From positions 54,250,001-54,314,000 of the forward strand of contig OX597818.1 in the NCBI GenBank assembly GCA_951406725.2: a DNA stretch of 64,000 nucleotides. Direction: 5' to 3'. Within the stretch, counting starts at the first letter, position 1; the number at the start of each line of letters is the position of its first letter. The translations under genes were made by a program, and so were the position numbers. This document shows positions 51,177 to 64,000 of this stretch, piece by piece. This stretch comes from Octopus vulgaris. Its lineage: Eukaryota. Under the pieces are notes generated by a model. It searched no databases. It was not told the DNA's origin and worked only from the letters and a program-made list of their open reading frames with translations.

Positions 51177-52081
51177 CTAGCATTATGACCCATCTTCGCC
51201 GGGTCATAGTGCTAATGCATGTATATATGTGTATATGTGTACATATTACATGTACATCTATATATATATATATACATCTACACATAAAATACAAAATACA
51301 AAGATATATCTTGATATCGCTAGTGATAACAATACTGAAAATATATAACAGACTGGAATTGTAGGACTATTCCATTTCTGCATGCTAATTTTATTTTTAA
51401 TTTATTCCCATTCATGTGAAACCACTTATTGAAGTTCAAATCATTGATGCAATTTTATACCAATTGCTATTTTTACTTTTGTTATGTTACGATAATATTA
51501 TAATTTAGTTTGATTTTAATTATTACTTACTACATATAATTCAATTGTTATTATTATCTCTAATTTTTATAGTTAAAGTGAAAGCATCTGACATAAAATA
51601 GAGAAATGTTTTTGTTTCACTTTTAACACGTAATACTGAAATAGTGGAGAAGATGTGATATTGTTATGGGCTCACTCTAGGCAATAAGTTGAACATTTTT
51701 TTTGCCCATGAAACTACCTGGACCCTAAGTAAAGCATGTGTAAAATTTGAATGAAATTGGTTGTGTATTTCTCAAGTTTTAGGGAATCGTAGTGGAGAAG
51801 ATATGATATTGCTGTGGACCCTAAATAAGGCATGTGTAAAGTTTGAATGAAATTGGTTGTGTAATTCTCAAGTTTTAAGGAATCGTAGTGGAGAAGATAT
51901 GATATTGCTGTGGGCTCGCCCTAGGCAAAAAGTTAAAAGTTTTTCTTGCCGATGACACTCCCTGGACCCTAAGTAAGGCATATGTAAAATTTGAATGAAA
52001 TTGGTTGTGCAGTTCTCAAGTTTTAGGGAAGCACACAGACAGACAGACAGACACACATTCTCAGTTTTATATATATAGAGA
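51177..52081 (-). mobile_element. Non-autonomous Helitron with internal ~90-120-bp tandem repeats
   Basis: Minus strand TCTCTATATATATAAAAC start; hairpin (atgaccc...gggtcat) + CTAG end; repeats at 51640-52030. Confidence 0.7.
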
Positions 52082-52517
52082 TTATGTATTTGTTGTTGAG
52101 AGTGATCTAAAGATTAAAAATAAAATAAAATAACCTTATCTTTTGAAGTTAAAGCAGAATATCTGGCTCTCATCTTTTCTGTTTCCTTTATCTCAATGCA
52201 ACTTTTTCCCTACATCCTTCCTCGCTCCAGCTCCCCTAATGATTTCCCTGTATAAACTACTAACAAGGATAAGTGAATCATTCTTTGGCTGAAGCTGGTC
52301 AGGAATCATGAAACTGATTCTTGGAATGCATTTAAAAAAAAAATATTTAATAGGCGTAGGAGTGGCTGTGTGGTAAGTAGCTTGCTTACGAATCATATGG
52401 TTCCAGGTTCAATCCTACTGCGTGGCACCTAGGGTAAGTGTCTTCTACTATAGCCTCGGGCCGACCAAAGCCTTGTGAGTGGATTTGGTAGAAGGAAACT
52501 GAAAGAAGCCCGTCGTA

Positions 52518-53304
<787 letters not shown>

Positions 53305-53317
53305 ACACACACACATG

Positions 53318-53693
53318 TGGAGGTGCATTGATCCAGTGGTTAGGGCAGCAGACTTGCAGTCATAGCATTGGATTTCAATTCCCAGACCGGGCGTTGTGAG
53401 TGTTTATTGAGTGAAAACACCTAAATCTTCACGAGGTTCCAGCAGGGGTTGGTGGCGAACCCTCCTGTATTCTTTCACCACAACTTTCTCTCTTTCTACC
53501 TGTTTCTGTTGTGCCTGTATTTCAAAGGGCCGGCCTTGTCACACTCTGTGTCAGGCTGAATCTCCCCTAGAACTACGTTAAGGATACACGTGTCTGTGGA
53601 GTACTCAGCCACTTGCATGTTAATTTCACGAGCAGGTTGTTCCGTTGATCGGATCATCTCTGGAACCCTCGTCGTCGTAAGTGACGGAGAGCC
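53318..53693 (+). mobile_element. tRNA-derived SINE (third family)
   Basis: Head ggaggtgcattgatccagtggttagggcagcagac; fragments also at ~11788 and ~44340 (-). Confidence 0.75.
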
Positions 53694-53701
53694 ATAATAT
53701 A

Positions 53702-54095
53702 TCTATATATATAAAACTGTAGTTGTGTGAGTGTCTGTCCCCTTCGATTTAGATTCCTAACTACTCCCACATTTTGCGGTGCAGTTTAACCAAAAGCGGG
53801 TATCTTATAGTCGTGATTCATATCGAGCCCTTCTGGGTATTAGCGCGCGTCTACGATGAGTCTACGATTTTAAAAATAATTTACCATCATTTTTTTCCAT
53901 TTTCATACATATTTCTTTAAAGGGAAGTAACTCTCTAAAAATGTCTACGATGATTCAACGATTTCAAAAAAAAATTTACCATCATATTTTTCCATTTTGA
54001 ATGCATATTTTTGCTATTTTTGGGCTATAACTCTCTAAAAATGCTGTATAGTTATTTCCCTTACAAACCCGAGCAACGCCGGGCGATACTGCTAG
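53702..54095 (+). mobile_element. Non-autonomous Helitron
   Basis: A|TCTATATATATAAAAC...cccgagcaacgccgggcgatactgCTAG|T. Confidence 0.85.
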
Positions 54096-54119
54096 TATAC
54101 ATATATTTGTGTGTGTGTG

Positions 54120-54169
<50 letters not shown>

Positions 54170-54291
54170 TGTACTTTGTTAATTACAAACATGCATGCTG
54201 ACAATTCTACATGTCAGTGTGCATAATTAGTGTATACACACGCACACGTGCATGTGTATGTGAATGTAATTGTGTAAATTAAATACATGTA

Positions 54292-55075
54292 TCATCACCG
54301 TCGTCGTTTAACGTCCGCTTTCCATGCTAGCATGGGTTGGACGATTTGACTGAGGTCTGGCGAACCAGATGGCTGCACCAGGCTCCAATCTTGATCTGGC
54401 AGAGTTTCTATAGCTGGATGTCCTTCCTAACGCCAACCACTCCAAGAGTGTTGTGGGTGCTTTTACGTGCCACCGGCACGAGGGCCAGTCAGGCAGTACT
54501 GGCAATGTCCACACCCAAATGGTGCTTTTTATGTGCCACCTGCACAGGAGCCAGTCCAGCAGCACTGACAACGACCTCGCTCGAATATTTTTTCACGTGC
54601 CACCAGCACAACTGCCTGTAAGGCGACGCAGGTAATGATCACGCTCGAATGGTGCTTTTTACATGCCATCGGCACGAAGGCCAGCTTGTTGCTATGGCAA
54701 TGATCACGCTCGTATGGTACTCTTAGCGCTCCACTAGTACAGATGCCAGTCATTGAATTTGATTTCGATTTCACTTACCTCAACAAATCTTCGCAGGCAG
54801 AGTTTAGTGTCCAATGAAGGAAAGCCATGCATGAGTGGACTGGTTACACCCCTGGTATAGGCCACAAGGTTATAGTCTCACTTGCGCTTGCCGGGTTTTC
54901 TCAAACACAGCATATTTCCAGAGGTCCCAGTCACTAGTCATTGTCTTGGTGAGGCCCAGTGTTTGAAGGTCAGGTTTCACCACCTCATCCCAAGTCTTCT
55001 TGAGTCTACATCTTCCACGGGTTCCCTCAACTGCTAGGGTGTGGCACTTTTTCACACAGTTATCCACATTCATTC
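54292..55075 (-). mobile_element. RTE-clade LINE 3' end with long 3' UTR
   Basis: VEGTRGRCRLKKTWDEVVKPDLQTLGL...W C-terminus, then ggttggcgttaggaaggac...(GAT) tail. Confidence 0.75.
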
Positions 55076-55107
55076 AGACAGACAGACACACATTCTCAGT
55101 TTTATAC

Positions 55108-55144
<37 letters not shown>

Positions 55145-55212
55145 AAATATAAGTTAGAGTTAAAAACCACTATTATGCAACTCAAACATTGATAGACATA
55201 AACCAATACATA

Positions 55213-55369
<157 letters not shown>

Positions 55370-55474
55370 CAAGTAATATGTCTATATATATAAAATATTA
55401 CATCAACTTATATATATATATATGATACTTAAAGAAGATATATATATATATATATAGTTCAGTATGTGGCAAAG

Positions 55475-55558
<84 letters not shown>

Positions 55559-56451
55559 AGTTAATCCAAACAAGAAAACACAAAAAACACAGCAACGCGA
55601 GGACGTGGAACAAATAAAGTATTATTGGACGCTCAGGAAAGAAGGAAAGGAGGGTTTAACGTTTCGAGCGGAGCTCTTCATCGGAAATGAAGGAGAAGGA
55701 AAGATCCCGAGAAGGGAAGACAGAGGAAAAAAAAATTGCTGGCGGTGCTCACGAGGTCACACGTTGAAAGCATATAAAATACATACATATATATATATAT
55801 ATATATTCATATAATATATATATATTATTCCCTCCTTAGCGAAGGCGGCGGTAGTAAAGAGACAAGGTGTTGATGGTTCCAATGTATTTTATTATAAGTC
55901 CACTAGATATCAATTAAACACGAAAATAATAGTTTTGCCATTAATATTAAGAAATAAAACCAATTTATTAATGTTATCACTTTTACAATATTTTAATTAT
56001 TTCAACGAAAATGTTAGTGAAGAGCAAAAAAATTAGGAAAGGAATTTTTCTTAGTAAATCTTATAACGCAGAATGTAAGTCTCTGATCCGGGTGTGTGAT
56101 ACGCTGTACTACTTTTTTCTGTTGTACTTGAACTTTGTATATTCATGTTTAGAACCAGTCTTCATTGCTCAACAGGGGGATGGTAACAAGTTCAGAAAGG
56201 ACCATATACATTACTCACTGTCATACAGTTTTGAAAGAAATTTAAAGTATATAAAAATTTTTATAATGAAACGAAATAACATGTTCTCATGACAGAATAG
56301 AAAATGGAGTAGAAATTTCAAGGACAGACACACACAGACGTAGTCAAATCAAACAGTCAAGCAATAAAAATATCAATAACAAACATGCGGACGAGCACAG
56401 GAAATGTATTTGATGATCGTTTAAAAAAAAAAAAAAAAAAAGAGGGCTTTT

Positions 56452-56479
56452 GACGTTTCAAGCGTAACACTTTCGTCAG
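56452..56479 (-). ncRNA. Minimal hammerhead-ribozyme-like motif (Penelope type)
   Basis: Minus strand CUGACGA-AAGUG-UUA-CGCUU-GAAAC-GUC; stems I and III are minimal. Confidence 0.45.
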
Positions 56480-56564
56480 AAAGTAAAACGGAAAAATTCA
56501 GAGAAGGAAAAAGATCACCAACAGCATGTAGGAGAGAGGGGAAAACGATTGAAAATTGAAAATT

Positions 56565-57449
56565 TTACTTGTAAAAGTGTAGTTCTTTTGTTAACATGCT
56601 CACTATGGAAGGAACTTGTTTCATTTTATTCATAGACGAATGGCTGGAATTAGACTCATATTCATAAGCAACATTGCGATTTACCAAAAGCAATAATCGT
56701 TGCAGTTCAAGTTGGTCTCCGTCTTTTTCCAAAATGTGAGCCAACGATTGAATAAACCACGATCCATTAGTGGAATTTCTCCAGGCGTAAAATCCAGGGA
56801 CAGTGGAATAAGCTAGAAGAACGTCTGCCCAAAGTGGTACTTTGTGAGATGTGACATTTTGATATTTCCCTCTTACAAAAGCATCGGCATCGTGCATAAC
56901 TGCACCTCTGTCCAGTTTCGTTCCCCGACAAGCTTGTATGAAGAATAGTTTTGGCTTACCTATTAAACCTGGGCATCTATCAGGAAGCAACATCTGCACT
57001 AACTCGTTAAGATTTACTTTTCTATCAGTGCCATAAACCTGGTTATCGTCTTCGCCGTGAGTTAATAAAACACAAACGAAGCAGTTATGCTTCGTATGGT
57101 CCATCGTGGATATATCCGTGAAGATTTGCGTCATCGCTTTCACTGATAAATTCTTGCGGTCGATCACCTTAAAATGCAATGACTCCAAAGCCTTTTTAAT
57201 TGCTGATGCATCTCTGTCGGATCCTTGTCGTCCAGACATTTCAGTCGATTTGTCAAACTTTTCGTTATTTATTATTAAAGCCAGATTCTTTTTTTCGCGA
57301 TCCATGTCATATCTGGCATTTACAGATTCGCTACATTCCTCAACATTTACAGATTCGCTACATTCCATTTCAACATCTTGAGGTCCTGGATCGGGGTTTC
57401 TCTCTGTAAACCATATACCATCAATAGGTTTTGCATCTGTGTAATCCAT
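56565..57449 (-). CDS. Caspase-3/7-like effector caspase copy 5 (294 aa, intronless, canonical WRN class, most divergent N-terminus)
   Basis: Intact ORF: MDYTDAKPI, LTHG, FIQACRGTKLD, YAWRNSTNGSWF, VSMLTKELHF. Confidence 0.95.
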   Translation of the reverse strand: MDYTDAKPIDGIWFTERNPDPGPQDVEMECSESVNVEECSESVNARYDMDREKKNLALIINNEKFDKSTEMSGRQGSDRDASAIKKALESLHFKVIDRKNLSVKAMTQIFTDISTMDHTKHNCFVCVLLTHGEDDNQVYGTDRKVNLNELVQMLLPDRCPGLIGKPKLFFIQACRGTKLDRGAVMHDADAFVRGKYQNVTSHKVPLWADVLLAYSTVPGFYAWRNSTNGSWFIQSLAHILEKDGDQLELQRLLLLVNRNVAYEYESNSSHSSMNKMKQVPSIVSMLTKELHFYK

Positions 57450-58034
57450 GGTTGATCGGAATGTGTATGAAGGTACGGAAATATATCAGGGGAACAACAA
57501 ACGGTGGATTGTTCTGAAAATTGGACTTAAAATTTCAGTGCAGTTAAGGAACTGAAAAAGACGATAAATTAGCGCTGTTTTTGTCGTTGTTCAGCACAGA
57601 AATAGCAGTCAAATTGTATTCTTTATAAATATCAAGATGGTGTGAATAACACAAGCGAATATTCAATAGACAGTAGCAAATATAGGTTAGTACATTACAA
57701 AGTAAAATATTCACATCTGTTAAACTTACACCTTAAACGTTGATGAAATGTCCAGATATAACTTGATAATAAAATAGACAATCCACCGAAAGAGAATTTC
57801 ACTGAATTTTTAAGTGATACAACAGTCGTAACCCAACACAAGACTACTTCCGTGTTTTATTTCTTTTATAAGTTTCCTAAATATATGTGTAAGATACGTC
57901 ATGCTTTAATAATACCGATGGACCAATGAGAAAAGTTACTACATTTAGGTCAGGGAGTGGTACATGAAGGTTTGGTATGTAACTTAATGTATGAGGTGAC
58001 ACAAATATTTTCCTAAGAAAGCCACGGTTTGTTT

Positions 58035-58850
58035 ATTACTCTTTACCCTTTTACTTGTTTTCAGTCATGTGGCTGTGGCCGTGCTGGAGCACCGCCTTTA
58101 TAGTCGCACAAATCAACCCCAGAGATTATTCTTTGTAAGCCTAGTACTTGTTCTATCGATCTCTTTTGCCGAACCGCTAAGTTGCGGGGGACGTAAACAC
58201 ACCAGTATCGGTTGTCAAGCGATGCTGCGGGGACAAGCAGACATACAAACATATACACACGCATATACATGTATATAAACATATACGACGGGCTTCTCCC
58301 AGTTTCCATCTACCAAATCCACTCACAAGGCTTTGGTCGGCCCGAGGCTATAGTAGAAGACACTTGCCCAAGGTGCCACGCAGTGGGACTGAATCCGGGA
58401 CCATGTGGTTGGTAAGCAAGCTACTTACCACACAGCCACTCCTTTATTTCTCTACTACCCACAATGGGTTAAACATAGAGGAGACAAACAAGGACAGACA
58501 AACGGATTAAGTCGATTACATCGACCCCAGTGCGTAACTGGTATTTAATTTATCGACCCCGAAAGGATGAAAGGCAAAGTCGACCTCGGCGGAATTTGAA
58601 CTCAGAATGTAACGACAGACGAGATACCTATTTCTTTACTACTCACAAGGGGCTAAACACAGAGGAGACAAACAAGGACAGACAGACGGATTAAGTCGAT
58701 TATATCGACCTCAGTCAGTAACTGGTACTTATTTAATAGACCCCGAAAGGATGAAAGCAAAGTCGAATTTGAACGCAGAACGTATCGGCTGACGAAATAC
58801 CGCTAAGCATTTCGCCCGGCGTGCTAACGTGTCTGCCAGCTCGCCGCCTT
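58035..58850 (-). mobile_element. SINE (58035-58440) adjacent to a SINE dimer (58445-58850)
   Basis: Matches the two main SINE families in the window. Confidence 0.85.
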
Positions 58851-58918
58851 ACCACAGTTTATTCCTGGAAGCTTTTTAGTCCCATGCGTATAGCTGTCGC
58901 AGAAATACGACTGCGTAT

Positions 58919-58966
<48 letters not shown>

Positions 58967-59179
58967 ATACACACACAGAGTGTCAACAAATGAAACCGTG
59001 ATAACCTCAATATAGAAATCACTTAGGACCGCACAAATGATTCGGACTTACACACGGCTATCATCAGCAGGGTAAAGAATGGCTATGACGAGAATACAAG
59101 TGAGCAAGATATGGAGAGAAGCATCCAAATAAACACTTAAATATCTGGTTCTAATATATATATTTTTTTTTCTTCTTTT

Positions 59180-59562
59180 TTTTACTTGTTTCAGTCATTT
59201 TGACTGCGGCCATGCTGGTGCACCGCCTTTAATCGAGCAACTCGACCCCGGGACTTATTCTTTGTAAGCCCAGTACTTATTCTATCGGTCTCTTTTGCCG
59301 AACCGCTAAGTAACGGGGACGTAAACACACCAGCATCGGTTGTGAAGCAATGCTAGGGGGACAAACACAGACACACACATATATATATATACATATATAC
59401 GACGGGCTTCTTTCAGTTTCCGTCTACCAAATCCTCTCACGAGGCATTGATCGGCCCGAGGCTATAGCAGAAGACACTTGCCCAAGATGCCACACAGTGG
59501 GACTGAACCCGGAACCATGTGGTTGGTAAACAAGCTACTTACCACACAGCCACACCTGCGCC
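59180..59562 (-). mobile_element. Full-length tRNA-derived SINE
   Basis: Same family as 44820-45205. Confidence 0.85.
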
Positions 59563-59642
59563 TATATATATATATATATATATATATGTTTATCCCATAG
59601 TGGGTTACACCCATAACCCCTAACTTACTTTGTACTAGTTAT

Positions 59643-59695
<53 letters not shown>

Positions 59696-59887
59696 CATAT
59701 ATATATATATATATGTATATATTTAATCCAAACAAGAAACCACAAAAAAGCACAACAACGCGAGGACGTGGAACAAATATGGTAATATTGGACGCTCAGG
59801 AAAGAAGGAAAGATCCAAAGAAGGGAAGACAGCGGAAAATAAATCGTCAACGGTACACACGAGGTCACATTTTTCATATATATATAT

Positions 59888-59947
<60 letters not shown>

Positions 59948-60155
59948 ATATTGGCAGGGCGAGACTGCTAGGTAGTCGGCCGTATGCTAGAAATAGATCA
60001 TCAACGATCAAACTACAAAGGAAATTCTCTAGAGGGAAAAATTCAGCGAACACCAGAACCAAATTTGGCGGGCAGGACAGATGAAAATTTATATAAAAAA
60101 CAGAATTAAATGCATACAATATTAATATTAATTTATCTCCCTCATTATTTATATT

Positions 60156-60193
<38 letters not shown>

Positions 60194-60218
60194 CATATAT
60201 ATACATACATATATGCAA

Positions 60219-60290
<72 letters not shown>

Positions 60291-60414
60291 ATATATATAC
60301 ATACATATATATCTTTTTTTCCCTCTATATATATTTATTTTATTTTTAGTATAATTTTATCTTATTTTTAATATATATTTTCTTCATTTTTAGTATATAT
60401 TTTTTAAATTTTTT

Positions 60415-63400
60415 ATTCGGAAGTCCTGTGGCGATGGGAAGGTGGTGAAGCATGCAGGCCTGACGGGTTGGAAGCATGTAGTCAGTGACCTGCACGTAGG
60501 CGGCCCATGTTAGATATAAAGTCGTCTCCTTGTCGCCCAAGACAGCGGTAGGATTCGGTTGCTGCATGGGTGTCTGAGCAGCTCCATTTGGAGAGGGCAC
60601 TGCTCACCCGGAGACCGGGGAGGTTCTAGAAAGGGTGAACCAAAAATTGCCTGTCTTTCCATATCTGGTCAGTTTAGCGCGACTGACGGATGACCACCCT
60701 GCGCTCGAAAAACAAAGAGTCTTTCATCTATAAAATCTGGACGGAACTTAAACATTTCATGTTGGAATGTGCACACTCTGTTGGACAACAAGAGTGATTG
60801 CAGGCCTGAAAGACGTACTGCACTTGTTGCTTGTGAGATGAACCGTTATAAAATTGATATAGCTGCACTCTCAGAGACCCGTACAGAAGGTGATGGTCAG
60901 CTTGAGGAAGTAGGAGGTGGATACACCTTTTTTTGGAAAGGAAGGCAGAAGGAGGAGCGCAGAGAGGCTGGTGTTGGTTTTGCAGTCCGATCTGATATCC
61001 TTAAGAAGTTGGAAGAGCTCCCTGTTCCTATAACTGAACGTATAATGACGCTACGGTTGCACTTGAAAGGTAAGCGGTTTGCTACTCTAATAAGTGCCTA
61101 TGCACCTACTTTGACTAGCTGTGATGAAGATAAAACAATCTTTTATACCCTGCTGAGAGTCATACTTAGAAAAATCCCCAATTCTGATAAAGTCATTCTA
61201 CTGGGGCTTTTAATGCCAGGGTTGGAACAGACTGGCAAACATGGAACTCTCTAGGACGTTTTGGAGTAGGGAAAATGAATAGCAATGGTCTCATGCTACT
61301 GGAGCTTTGCGAAGAACATGAACTTTACATTTTATGCGCAAAGGTGATCACACAACAACATGGATGCATCCAAGGTCCAAAGTTTGGCACTTGCTGGATT
61401 ATGTTATCATCCGCAAGCGCGACATTTATGACATTTGTAATGTCAAGTCCTTGCATGGATCAGAATGCTGGACAGACCACAGTCTGGTGCGAGCAAAGTT
61501 CCGAATGGTGATTAGGGCGAAAGAGAGAAGAGGACCAGTCAGCATTCCCCGCCGTCTAAATGTCCACAAGGTATATGATGTTGTGGTTAGGAAAGAGCTT
61601 CAGACTCGCTTGTCCAGTATTGAAACTGCTGCAGCAGGGGAAGATCTTCGAGACCAGGTTGTTCAATGTGCAGCCGAGACACTGGGGTATGGTACTGCCA
61701 GACACAGAGACTGGTTTGATGAGAATGATGCTGAAATTCAGCGACTATTAGTGGTAAAGCGCCATGCCCACAGTGTGTTGCTGCACAGAGAACTGTCTGC
61801 CGCACAGAGAACTGTCTAGCACTTGCCCACTATAACAGTGTAAAATCACTACTGCAGCGATCTCTCAGGAAGATGCAGAACACTTGGTGAGAGGATCTTG
61901 CTCGTGATGTTCAGGCTGCTGCTGATGCAAATGACAGCAAGAAGCTTTACCATCTTATGAAGCGAGCTTATGGACCTAAGAGCTCCACATCAGCTCCTTT
62001 GCTTTCCAAGGAGTCTTCCACTCTGTTTACTAAATCAACAGAAATCACAGGTCGCTGGATCGAACACTTCTCTGAACTCCTAAACCATGAGTCAGTTGTG
62101 GATGAAACAGTGATTGATACTATGCAACAAAGACCTATAATTGGCTCCTTAGACTCCTCGCCTTCGATAGATGAAGTAATAACATCAATAAGTAAATTGA
62201 ATCTTGGTAGGGCACCTGGAAAGGATGGAATTTGTGCTGAGGTCTTGCGATTTGGTGGTAATTGCATCACACAGTCCCTTCATGAACTTATTAGCTCAGT
62301 CTGGAGGAATGGTGCAACCCCTAAGGACTGGAAGGATGCAATTATTCTTCCTCTATATAAAGGAAAAGGAGCCAGAACAATGTGTGGTAACTACAGAGGT
62401 ATTGCTCTACTATCAGCCGGTGGCAAGGTTCTGGCAAATATTCTTCTTACCCGTCTGAATGGGTGTCTCGTAAATGATGTCCTATCTGAATCTCAATGTG
62501 GCTTCCGATCTGGTAGAGGGACAATGGATATGATTTTCACAGCAAGACAGATGCAGGAAAAGTGCTCTGAGCGGAAAATGGATCTTGTCCAGGTATTCAT
62601 TGATTTAACAAAGGCCTTTGATACTGTAAATAGGGCCTTTCTATGGAAAATACTTGGCAAACTTGGATGTCCGGATCACTTTGTATCTATAATTAAATCA
62701 TTTCATGATGGGATGGAGGCTTGGGTCAATGTTGGTGGTGCCATGGCGGGACCCATTCCTGTAGAGAATGGTGTCAAGCAGGGTGACATCCTTTCCTCAA
62801 CTCTCTTTTCTTTGTACTTTGCAACTGCTTTTACTCATGCTTTTGCTAAGGTTAGCTCTCTGGGGATATATATCAGATATCGATCTTCTGGCCGCCTCTT
62901 TAATCTTCGCCGATTTGTGGCCAATTCAAAGGTTTCCCAGTCTATTATTCGTGACCTCCTTTATGCAGATGACTGTGACTTAGTCACTCATGCAGTGGAT
63001 GACATGCAAATACTCATGAATTGCATTTCTGCTTCTTGCAGGGCATTTGGACTCAGCATTAGCCTGGACAAGACTGTTGTAATGTTTCAGCCTGCACCAG
63101 GAAATCCATATATGGAACCAGCTATCTTGGTTGAAGGAACAATTCTGAAGGTAGTAGACAAGTTTGTCTACCTGGGCAGCACACTCAGCCGTTCTTGCTC
63201 CCTGGATGAGGAAATATCTTTCAGGTTGTAGAAAGCAACTAATTCCTCGCTTTTCTACTCATGTGATACATGGACTCTGCACAAACGTCAGGTAAGGGTC
63301 CTTGAACGCTTTCATCAGAGATGTCTCAGACACATTCTCAATGTTGGCTGGACCTCAAAAATTCCAGACACACAGGCCCTGAGGACAGCTGATATCGTGA

Positions 63401-63895
63401 GTATTGGGGTGATGGTGCACAAGCACTGGTTACGTTGGACTGGACACATTATTAGAATGAAGGATAGAAGGATTCCTAAGCAGATGTTCTATGGAGAACT
63501 TGTGAATGGAAGGAGACTCCGGCAGAAACCAAGGCTGCGATTTAAGGACTGTCAAGTCCTCATTAAAGGCCTGTGATATGCAGGACACTGACTGGGAGAA
63601 CAATGCCTGTCATCGCCACAGATGGAGGAAACAGGTTAAGGAGGGGATCGACACTTTTGAGAGAGTACGTATTCAGCATGAAGAACTTAAGCGAGCTGCG
63701 CGAAAGCGCACGGCTCGTATAGTGAATGGGGAAAGCTTGGTCTGCAATGTTTGCAGTCGTGTATGCTTGTCAAGAGCTGGGCTCATTAGCCACCAACGGA
63801 GCCGCAAATGCAAAATATAAGTTAGTCCTAGAGCGCACAATGTTCCTGAAGGTCGGCAATGGTCCTCCTCGGTCACGAGTGGACGGCCATCATCA
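60415..63895 (+). mobile_element. Near full-length decayed RTE (BovB-like) LINE
   Basis: APE (WNVHTL, DIAALSETR, SAYAPT), RT (QCGFRSGRGT, FIDLTKAFD, GVKQG, LLYADD), C-terminal CNVC..SHQR, (CAT)n tail; several stops and frameshifts. Confidence 0.92.
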
Positions 63896-64000
63896 TATAT
63901 GTATGTATATATACGTATATATATATATATGTATATATATGTATATATATATATGTATATATATGTATATATACGTATATATATATGTATATATATGTGT

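Overview
This is AT-rich, microsatellite-dense eukaryotic DNA. The SINE/LINE repertoire suggests an octopus/cephalopod genome (inference). The only host genes I can support form a dispersed array of five intronless caspase-3/7-like paralogs. Copy 1 (5287-5948, +) is a truncated pseudogene. Copies 2 (15248-16099, -), 4 (46733-47599, -) and 5 (56565-57449, -) are intact. Copy 3 (29090-29939, -) is disrupted only by a 2-nt shortening of an A-homopolymer. The paralogs fall into two active-site classes: canonical WRN plus a full L4 loop, versus YRR plus a 5-aa-shorter L4 loop. They are segmental mosaics of each other and differ at a putative cleavage-exposed IAP-binding motif. Copy 1 is part of an inverted duplicate of the copy 2 region (SINE + 28-bp satellite + promoter + gene), and its junction looks circularly permuted. 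The rest is mobile DNA: an intact Buster/SPIN-like hAT transposon, decayed Tx1/L1, RTE, CR1-type and RLE-type LINEs, Helitrons, pogo and piggyBac MITEs, tandem SINE arrays, long palindromes, and Penelope-type hammerhead-like motifs. Most ORFs in the supplied track are microsatellite artefacts.
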